DNA of 64,000 nt, from assembly GCA_964016885.1 (NCBI GenBank), contig OZ024740.1, positions 244,900,001 through 244,964,000 on the forward strand. The letters run 5' to 3'. The stretch comes from Eledone cirrhosa. Its lineage: Eukaryota. The notes under the pieces are model-generated. The model was given only the letters and a program-made list of their open reading frames with translations, was not told the origin of the DNA and made no database searches. Each line of letters opens with the position of its first letter. Positions within the stretch are counted from its first letter, which is position 1. Below, piece after piece: positions 50,735 through 64,000 of this stretch. A program made the translations under genes and the position numbers.

Positions 50735-51690
50735 GAATTTGCTTCAAGCAGAACCGTGCTAGACACAGCCGAGAGCAGTCGTCCAGAACCTCGATCTGCT
50801 TTAACTGCATCCGAGCTATCAAGACTGAATATTGACATCGCTGCTCTTAATGAAGTCCGCTTTCCAAAGGAAGGCAACCTACAAGAGCGTGGGGCCAGAT
50901 ACACCCTCTACTGGTCAGACAGTGAGACGCCTTTTAAGAGTGGGCTTCATGGTATGGAACTCTATCGCTTCCAAGTTTGAAAGCCTGCAAACAGGTCATT
51001 CTAAGTAATTATCAATATGCCACTGAGTAATCAACCATATGCTACGATCTTCAGTTTTTACTCCCCAACTCTTCAAGCAGATCCTACGGGACAGAACAAG
51101 TTTTACTCTGATCTGCGCAGTCTCCTACAAGGCACCCTTGGGGTTGCCAGAGTGGACCGAGAATCTGTAATTTGGAAGGGAGTGCTTCGGAGACATGCCG
51201 TTGGTAACTGCAATGACAATGAGTGCTGCCTGTTGGAATTTTGCACAGAACATCAACTTGTCACCACGAACACCATCTTCCAGCAGAACTATGTTGGACA
51301 GGAGATGTGTCCAGGCTCACGCTGTACGGCGAACTCTCCACTGGCCATTGCGACAGGGGGGAACTAAGGAAACGATATAAGGATTGTTTGAAAATATCCC
51401 TTGGTGCCTGTTACACAGACTATCGCTTGTGGTCCACTCCAGCTGAGAACCTTGGCACCTGGCGTCTCACAATCAAGCAGGCTGTCTCCTCCTTCGAAAT
51501 CACCCCCAGAGCCACCTTCGAGGAAAAAGGCACAGGAGGCCACAACACCAAGTCATCAAACGTAGACCAGACATTCAGCTGCAGCCGCTGCAACTATGCC
51601 TGCTTGTACCGCATTGGCCTGGACAGCCACGAGCATTCCTGCAGTCAAAGTGGACCACTCCCTTCGTAATCTTCGTTCGCGAAGCCATGA
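50735..51690 (+). mobile_element. Internally deleted RTE LINE: AP endonuclease N-terminus joined to the extreme C-terminus and 3' end
   Basis: RPEPRSAL..ELSRLNIDIAALNEVR; YSPTL; GNCNDN..LLEFC; LYGEL..G.RKRYKDCLK; CSRC...RIGLDSH; RT core missing. Confidence 0.85.
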
Positions 51691-51789
51691 TATATACAAA
51701 TACGTTTCCTGGTAGCTATAGTCTTGGTGTGCTTACGTTTAAAACAGTAAGATAGTTGCATGTATGTATGTATGTATGTATGTATGTAT

Positions 51790-52306
51790 AGGTTTCTTGG
51801 TGAGGAGGGTGACTTTGGACATCCTGCAGGACTAAAAACAAAACCTGTCAAAGGGCAAAGGAGCTCTTAAGAGTCAATGGCCATCCAAAATCACCGGGAG
51901 AGATGACCCCTTAGCCTTTGTCAAGGCAGAATTCTAGGAGAAGGAAAACTCTGATATAACACCTGCAACCCTGATGGTATCCAATGATGTTGACTTGTTC
52001 TTCTTTTTGGTAAATATCATCTTGGTTAAGAGAGTGGGACTGGCTTTGTGCAGTGCCTTTGCTCACTATAAAAGCTTCACGGCACAGGCATTGCTTTATA
52101 TCTGGAGATCTCTCTGCACCTGTCGTCACATGGTACCAAGGGCCCAGCACTATGTGTCAATAATTGTCACAGGTGTAGTGTTTGTACCAGAGTTTTCAAA
52201 GTCGCTGGCTGGACTAAAAAGTCACACTTGTTCAGCGCATCGGTAGGGGTTCTCCTACATGGATATAAAGTAGTGGCCGTACTCGAAAACGAGTTGGCAG
52301 CCACCA
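51790..52306 (+). mobile_element. Longest copy of the RTE-derived bipartite element, flanked by (TGTA)n
   Basis: Matches 40686-41137 with about 60 bp extra upstream. Confidence 0.75.
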
Positions 52307-53489
52307 TGTATGTATGTATGTATGTAAGCATGCATGTATGTATGCATGTATGTATGTACGTATTCAAAAAAGATCTACCACACATTTGAAGCCGATATAG
52401 TATAATATAATTTTATGTACAGCTTACATACAGCTGTTATCTGACGGCCCTTAGCACGTGTTATAATCACAGGAGCTAACATATTTAAAATTCCGATTTT
52501 TTTCTCTTTACTTACTGATAACACACATACACACTCACTTTTATATGTGTGTGTAGGTATATATATATATATATATATATATGCGATGTGATTGCGAAGG
52601 ACGAGTGTATGTCCTCCGCTCACATACTCAAACACACATACTTTTACACACGTACACACATATATTGTTATTCTTTTTATTATATTTATTCTTCACTGTA
52701 TCACACACTCACTTTTTTCCTCTGTCTCTCACTCTCTCCCTCCACAAGGTTTGTAAACATCACAAACAGATGGAGGAATAAAAGCGTTGGGAGGGGATAC
52801 ATGCACACACATACATAAACATACGTACATACATAGACATATATACATGGATGTACACACATATATATTCAAAGAGAACATCTTAGTAATTTTCTAACAC
52901 GCAGTAACAAGATGGCTACTTTTGTAAATATTTCAGATTGTCTGATTATTATCACTGATTATTGTGACTAATATGACGACTTAACCAAAACCATATGTAT
53001 CTCTGCATGTACACACACACACACGCACACACACACATACACATATACACACACACACACACATATATATAGGTGCATATATATGTGTGTGTGTGTGTAA
53101 GTATGTATGTATCTATCTGTCTATTTATTTATTTACCTATATATGCATACTTGTATGTGTGTATATGTGAAAGAACGTGGCTTAGAGATTTTGTTCCCGA
53201 TTATATGACCCTGAGTTCGATTCCCGGCGGCACGTTTTTTCCTTGACACTTTATTTTAACTTGCTCTAGTCCAATCAACTGGCAGAATTAGTTGTACTTG
53301 TAATTCAAAGAGCCTTGTTTACAGTGAATCTCTCTAAGAACTACATTGATGGTACATTTATCTGTGGAATCCTCAGTAACTTGCACATTAATTTCACAAG
53401 CAGGGTATTACGCAGATTTAATTAACTGGAACTATGGTGATCGGATTCGATAGAAGTCTAACAAACACGTGTATACATATATACACGTG

Positions 53490-53623
53490 TGGTCTGGAAC
53501 GTCCCCTGAAGAACGGCCTGTGTATGGTGACCTTACCAGAAGCAAAGCTCCAGACGGTAACGCTCTCTCGGATTTACGAAACACACAAGCTCCCTCGCCA
53601 CAACAAGGCCAGACCCAGGAGGG
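53490..53623 (-). mobile_element. RTE-type 5'UTR fragment
   Basis: Minus strand ccttgttgtggcgagggagcttgtgtg...ggtaaggtcaccata...ccagac resembles BovB/Rex3-type leaders. Confidence 0.5.
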
Positions 53624-53910
53624 ATATATATATATATATATATATTTCACCTCAACTGGTCCCGCTCTTTAATATCATACCAAAATACACCAGAATAGAG
53701 AGCGATACCATAAAATTCAAGATGTCTCTGGACAAAATCCGCCATGAAATTCCGGATAAAGCCCTAACACCCAGATATGTATCCGTGCGATTCATGGTCT
53801 GAAAGACTTCGCCAAGTAATGCTATTAAGTTAGACCTTGTCCGGGCCAGTACTGGCCGAAACGAATCAATGCTTTATATGTATATATATATATATAGATA
53901 AATAAATAAA

Positions 53911-54026
53911 TAATTGTTTCTACGTTAGGCACAAGGCCAGCAATTACCCAGTGTATTACTGGTACTTTATTTTATCGACCCCGTAAGGATGAAAGGCAAA
54001 GTTAACCTCGGCGGGATTTGAACTCA
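53911..54026 (-). mobile_element. 5'-truncated tRNA-type SINE (Nin-like)
   Basis: Family match from the B-box to the tail. Confidence 0.85.
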
Positions 54027-54142
54027 TAAATAAATAAATAATATGTATATATGTGTGTGCGTTGCGTGTGTGTGTGTGTGTCTGTCTGTGTGCGTGTATG
54101 TGTGAGTGTGTGTATGTGTGTGTGGTGTGTGTTTGTGTTTGT

Positions 54143-54538
54143 GTTATACATTGCATAAGATACGGGATGTTTATGAAAAACTTTTGAAAGCCTTTCTCTA
54201 TGAATGTTTAAGGTTGTAACCAACATCACACACCTAATTTCAGCAAAAGTAAGGGCAAGTAATCGACAATGCGTTGTTTCTCATACGTTTGCGGTTATCA
54301 ATACTACATATCTTCCTACTTCTGCTGAAGATTCTAGCTTATTTTAACCTCAGCAGAAGTAGGGAGATATGTTGTCTTGATAACCACTAACGAGCAAGAA
54401 ACAACGCGTTATCGATTACATCCCCTTACTTTTGCTGAGATTAGGTGTGTGACGTTGGTTACAACCTTAAACATTCATAGTGAAATGCTTTCAAATGTTT
54501 TTCATAATCATTCTGCATATTATTCAATTTACAACACG
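54143..54538. repeat. Old palindrome of about 400 bp formed by two family-D-like units, each with a degenerate U3-A8 hammerhead
   Basis: Centre about 54330-54348; arms give consensus GTAGTC TTGATAA...GAAA CAACGCGTTG TC GATTAC (54259-54307 minus, 54371-54419 plus). Confidence 0.75.
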
Positions 54539-54942
54539 TACATACATGTCTGTAACACTATGTTGGAGCACCAATACGAATTATATATATTGATCAAAAT
54601 TATTACTTTTTATTTGTGTATCTATCATTAAAATTTAATTCAGCTGATTTATGGACCTATCCCGGAGCTGCTTTTAGCATTCCTGTTGGTCCGTCTCTAT
54701 CCTTCTGCTTAAGCAGCTTCTGCATATGCATTCATAGTTGGTGTTGAATGCATGGCCGATGGCTGAACTATGTGTGTTTAGTAAGACACGGTCCACTGGT
54801 GATGGGTTTCGTGTCTATAAGGTGCCTGTTATCTAATAATGGTACTTTGCAGTATTTTTTGTCGGCCCGAAATAGCTATAGAGTCATTAGGAATCAGTTT
54901 TTACCATCTTAATGTAAGATCATCCCTTATTTTAGAATTTCT

Positions 54943-58386
<3,444 letters not shown>

Positions 58387-59127
58387 TATAAAGAGAGAGA
58401 GAGAGAGAGAATATTGGTTGTACAGGTGCAAAGTTAAAGCACTTCTCTGGCATACAACAGATATATAGGTCGATATTAGTTTTCTGTCGCGTTTGTCGTG
58501 TATTGAATAATGAATTTAAAAATATCAGTTATATATATATATATTTACACAATAATAATCAATTATATATATAGGGCGGTGCATGCTTGTGTGTGCGCAA
58601 ACACATGTATGTATATGTATACAAGTGTATATATAGGTGTATGTGTATATGTGTATACACACACACACATATATACAAATCCCCGGCATCTTACCTCGGG
58701 TGGGAGTAATGTACACTGCTATCCTCAGCCCTCTCACAAATACGCTAGTTTTTCATATTTTATGTACTTTAATGATCCCAGTCCATATTACTTTCAAAAG
58801 AAACCTTCAGCTGAATAATCAGACCATCCCACAGGTGTTGTGCTGTTATAGCATTATGGCTTCGGATACGAGTGGTTTTTTTTTGTTTTTTTTGGTTTTT
58901 TTTGTAGATCAGTACATACCTTTCAATCATTATCACCTTGCAGAAGTCTGGGTCCCAACTTTCCTTTGTTCATCCTCCTGCGTATATACATACATACACA
59001 AATACATACACACATATATACACGCATACATACGCTCCACGTATGCGTGTATATATGTGTGTATGTATGTGTGTGTATGTACGTGTGTATATGTGTATGA
59101 TTGTATGTATGTATGTATATATATATA

Positions 59128-59209
<82 letters not shown>

Positions 59210-59218
59210 TATATTTAA

Positions 59219-59290
59219 GGCGGGTAAAATTCCCGAGATCCATGGACGAGGTCTCTCCAGCGGTCTCTGTCCCTCATTATCGCTGCCATA
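59219..59290 (-). mobile_element. About 70-bp 3'-terminal copy of the 54971-58273 LINE, in (TA)n
   Basis: ggcgggtaaaattcc.gagatccatg.acgag.tctctccagcggtctctgtccctcattatcgctgccat matches 54972-55043. Confidence 0.9.
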
Positions 59291-59496
59291 TATATATGTG
59301 TGTGTGTGTCTGTGTGCGTGTGTGTGTGCGTGTATTTGTATGTATATGTATGTATGTGTATGTATGGATATGTTGATATATATGTGTGTATATATGTATA
59401 TATGTGTATGTATATGTATATGTATGTGTATTTGTACGTGTATGTATATGTGTGTGTATTTGTACGTGTATGTATATGTGTATGTATATGTGTATG

Positions 59497-59552
<56 letters not shown>

Positions 59553-59610
59553 TATGTGAGTGTATATGTATGTATATATGTATATGTGTATGTATATGTG
59601 TGTGTATGTA

Positions 59611-59673
<63 letters not shown>

Positions 59674-59766
59674 ATTTTTCCTTTCCTTCTTCCTTTTCCA
59701 GCCTCACTTTCATATAGATTATATTTTTGTTTTTAAAATCCAATGTCAATAAATACACCAGGATTT

Positions 59767-59827
59767 TTTCATTCTGATGATTGAAAACAAAATTTGTTTG
59801 CTTTCAAGAAACCACTGGTAAATGAAA
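59767..59827 (+). ncRNA. Type I hammerhead ribozyme
   Basis: TTTCATT CTGATGA TTGAAA...TTTCAA GAAA CC-act-GG TA AATGAAA; 7-bp stem I; predicted cut after A59820. Confidence 0.9.
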
Positions 59828-59923
59828 TAATTGCCTTATTTTGTTTATTACATAACTATTAAGCTCTGTTGCCTACATAGAGCACTCTTTTTTCCTGGAC
59901 CTTTCCGACGGAATTACTTCATT

Positions 59924-60026
<103 letters not shown>

Positions 60027-60080
60027 CGTTTCTGAATTTGTTTAGCAAGATTCTTTATCTGAAATCGTGTGTTGAAACCG

Positions 60081-60577
60081 ATATTGTTATACTTTGGGAG
60101 GGTCATGTTGCCAATAAGAAACACACGCACCAGTTGCTTTCACTTCAATTTATTATATATTTATAAATTTACAAATTTATAAATTTATAAATTTCTGGTT
60201 GGTTGGTTGGTTCCACAACCAGATAGTTCTTTATATATAGTCATAGTCCTTTCGTCACACACTTTGTGACCTCTTCAGTGACTGAGGATTCCTTTCTTTG
60301 TCTCCGTGCCTCTCCTTTGTTCTGTCCTACGCCATTTTGTTTCTGTGTGTGTGTTGTGTGCTCAGTTTGCGCATGCGCCACATCCGGGTGTCTGTGTGTG
60401 TTCATGTTCATTTATCTATTTGTTTATTTATTTATTTATTTATTTATTTACATGTTATTGGTTGGTTGTTTGTTCTATGTGTGTGTGTGTTTTCATTTTG
60501 TCCTTAATTGTAAGTTGTGATGTTGCTGTTCCACTCATATTTTTTGGCAACATGACCCTCCCAAAGTATAACAATAT
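60081..60577 (-). mobile_element. PLE pseudo-LTR-derived element with perfect 34-bp terminal inverted repeats
   Basis: atattgttatactttgggagggtcatgttgccaa (60081-60114) and its reverse complement (60544-60577); homologous to 24657-24880. Confidence 0.85.
60239..60283 (-). ncRNA. Minimal type I hammerhead ribozyme
   Basis: Minus strand: AGTCA CTGAAGA G GTCAC-aaagtgt-GTGAC GAAA GGAC TA TGACT. Confidence 0.8.
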
Positions 60578-60593
60578 ATATATATATATATAT

Positions 60594-61201
60594 AAATCAC
60601 TGATGAGGGACTAATTTTATAATATGTAATCCATGTGCAACCATGCAGTATTCTTCTTCCCCTTGTTTTTCATATATATTTACCTAAACTGCGATTATCT
60701 GTTTCTCTCTTTCTCTCTTACTGCTCCCCCGTTCTCTCTGTTTCTCTTACCTTCTTTCACCCTCTCTGTCAGTTACACTTTTTCTCTCGACTGACCTCTT
60801 CCTCACACTTCCACTCACTCACTCTCTGTTTCTCCCCTTCTCACTTCCTCCCGTTCGCTACTAGTGGGGTTCCTTCTTTCTCACACCGCATTCACGGCGA
60901 ACGGTCTGCGTCTCTGACCGCTCATGAAATTCACCCAGCTTATGCTGATCGGATAACTACCATGTGGCTTGCTGTTTTCCAACCTTCGGTTTGCTTTTCC
61001 TTCTGTTGTTTACTTGTCTCACTCGCTTTACGCGATTCACTTGTCCCAATAGCTTATTTTAGTTATTGCTCGCACCAACCTGAGGTATCTGATTTTTAAT
61101 GCCATGAAATACCAATGATGGTTGACAAAATCACTGATGAGGGACTAATTTTATAATATGTAATCCATGTGCAACCATGTAGTATTCTTCTTCCCCTTGT
61201 T

Positions 61202-61212
<11 letters not shown>
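60594..61212 (+). mobile_element. Family C element: 534-bp unit plus about 85-bp terminal direct repeat, between (TA)n tracts
   Basis: aaatcactgatgagggactaattttataatatg...ttttcatatata at 60594 and 61128. Confidence 0.85.
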
Positions 61213-61254
<42 letters not shown>

Positions 61255-61318
61255 GCATGTTTACACTAGGAATGTGTCCCTATACTTATCACTTGGCTGG
61301 CTGAAACCAGATCTAATA

Positions 61319-61332
61319 TAGTAGTAGTGGTG

Positions 61333-61417
<85 letters not shown>

Positions 61418-61437
61418 CAGCGGCGGTGGTGGTGGTT

Positions 61438-61513
<76 letters not shown>
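61319..61513. repeat. (GTA)n/(GTG)n trinucleotide repeat
   Basis: Direct reading. Confidence 0.97.
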
Positions 61514-62439
61514 AACACCACTGTATACAGCTAGTACTAGGTCGTCTTATCAGAAGTGCCGATCATAGTTATGACAACACGTTCATTCTAAATAAATTCT
61601 ATGTAACGGGGACTCTTTGATAGGTTTAACACATAAGGCCTCCGCTGTCTGATTATTAAATAAGACTTCTATTTCAGGAGAGTGCCGTAAAAGGAGATAA
61701 GCGCTGAATGGTCTGGTGATGGTTGGTTGTAGTGATCGTGATTTTATCGGTGGTAGTGGTGGTTGTGGTGGTAGTGGTGGTGGTACTGTTGGAGTCGTAT
61801 CGTTGGTAGTAGGGCTAATGATAAGGTACTAGTGGTAATTGTGATGGCGCTTTTGTGGGGTTGGTAGGGCTGATAAGGTAGTGGTGATAGCATTTTTCAT
61901 GTTAGTCGTGGAGGGTGTAATGGTGGTCGGTGCTATGTTGATAGAAAATACATTTTTTAGAGATTCATTGAGAACGTTTCAAGGAATATTACTGTTGTAG
62001 CAATTGTGTTATTTTTGTCGTTGCGGTGTTAGTGATGTTGGTGGTGTTGGTGGTGTTGGTAGTGTTGGTAGTGTTGGTAGTGTTGGTGGTGTTGGTAGTG
62101 TTGGTGGTAGTGGCGGTGGTATTAATAGGGCTGCTGCTGTAGGTAAATGTAACCGTAATGGAGGGTGTATCTGTGAGGTGGGAGGTTGTAGGCATGATTA
62201 AGGCTCCAGTAATATTTAGTTTCTGAAGATGCAGTAGCGATTGTTTAGTGCATAGTTTCACTTGACAAGGAAGGACAGGTACTCTCAGGTCTTCAATGAT
62301 CGACCCCACCCTCCACCCCGATTATTTATCTTTCAGGCTCCCCCCCCCCCCTCCGCTTATTAAATTTTGCTACTCTATCTCCGACGAAATTTTATTGGGA
62401 AAAGATTCCTATTGATACAGCAGCTGGAGAATCTAATAA

Positions 62440-62622
62440 TAATTGTTTCTACTTTAGGCACAAGGCCAGCAAATACCCAGTGCATTACTGGTACTTTATT
62501 TTATCGACCCCGTAAGGATGAAAGGCAAAGTCAACCTCGGCGGGATTTGAACTCAGATGGTAAAGGGACGTAACTATGCTGGAAAGCATGGCGTCCGACC
62601 CTCTACCGATATTGCCAATCCA
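62440..62622 (-). mobile_element. Young tRNA-type SINE (Nin-like)
   Basis: Near-identical to 28681-28867. Confidence 0.9.
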
Positions 62623-62859
62623 CCTAGTTTACATTAAAAACATTATAGATGACAAAAAAAAGAACATTACAACAAATCTCATATCTACGAACGTACACTA
62701 TATAATTCCCGACCCCCACCCTTGCTTATTCCACTTCCCTCTATTATTTGGGACCCGAGAGTAGGCATAATCACCATCAGAATTATCATTATCTTCAGCT
62801 GAAGCAGCAACTACAGCATCATCACTATCATTGTCACTTTTATCTTCATAATTATCCTT

Positions 62860-64000
62860 ATCACCACCACCGCTACCACCACCACCACTATCACCACCAC
62901 CACTATCACCACCACCACTACCAATACCACTGCTATCACCATCACCACTATCACCACCACTGTTATCACCATCACCACCATCACCACCATCACTATCACC
63001 ACCACCACTATCACCATCACCACCATCACTATCACCACCACCACAATCACCACCACCACTATCACCATCACCACCATCACCACCATCACTATCAACACCA
63101 CCACTATCACCACCACCACTATCACCATCACCACCATCACTATCACCACCACCACTATCACCATCACCACCATCACCACCATCACTATCAACACCACCAC
63201 TATCACCACCACCACTATCACCACCACCACCATCACCACCACCACTATCACCACCACCACTATCACCACCACCACCATCACCACCACCACTATCACCACC
63301 ACCACTATCACCACCACTACTATCACCACCACCACTATCACCACCACCACTATCACCACCACCACTATCACCACCACCACTATCACCACCACCACCATCA
63401 CCACCACCACTATCACCACCACCATCACCACTATCACCACCACTGCTATCACCATCACCACCATCACCACCATCACTATCACCACCACCACCATCACCAT
63501 CACCACCATCACTATCACCACCACCACTATCACCATCACCACCATCACTATCACCACCACCACTATCACCACCACCACTATCACCATCACCACCATCACC
63601 ACCATCACTATCACCACCACCACCATCACCACCATCACTATCACCACCACCACTATCACCATCACCACCATCACTATCACCACCACCACTATCACCACCA
63701 CCACTATCACCACCATCACCATCACCACCATCACTATCACCACCACACTATCACCATCACCACCATCACTATCACCACCACCACTATCACCACCACCACT
63801 ATCACCACCACCACTATCACCACCACCACTATCACCATCACCACCATCACCACCATCACTATCACCACCACCACTATCACCACCACCACTATCACCATCA
63901 CCACCATCACCACCACCACTATCACCACCACCACCATCACCACCACCACTATCACCACCACCACCATCACCACCACCACTATCACCACCACCATCACCAC
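62860..64000. repeat. Compound (CAC/CAT/TAT)n trinucleotide array with higher-order units, running off the window
   Basis: Recurrent tatcaccaccaccac and catcaccaccatcac units. Confidence 0.97.

Noticed and set aside
58779-58816. Minus-strand CTGAAGG...GAAA motif
   Set aside because: Core mismatch and no coherent stems I and II

Overview
AT-rich, microsatellite-saturated eukaryotic DNA. The SINE families, (TA)n/(CA)n/(TACA)n density and TE mix look like an octopod cephalopod genome (inference). No host protein-coding gene could be supported; most ORFs in the track are translated microsatellites. The window is a mosaic of retroelements and DNA-transposon remnants. These include one apparently intact Penelope-like element (PLE; 737-aa RT plus GIY-YIG ORF, 118-bp near-identical pseudo-LTRs, 46473-49848), other PLE fragments, RTE, R4/Dong and CRE LINEs, tRNA-type SINEs with TSDs, RTE-derived bipartite elements, and Helitron, mariner and hAT remnants. 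The main hidden signal is RNA-structural. About 20 type I hammerhead ribozyme (HHR) motifs can be read by eye, roughly half with complete core and stems. They sit in PLE pseudo-LTRs and in several non-coding 320-530 bp units that occur as partial head-to-tail repeats or head-to-head palindromes, nearly always inside or next to (TA)n tracts. This resembles non-autonomous retrozyme-like families beside a candidate autonomous partner. Several HHRs carry recurrent non-canonical cores (UUGAUAA, CAGAAGA, U10.1-U11.1). All structure calls are manual; none was computed or tested.
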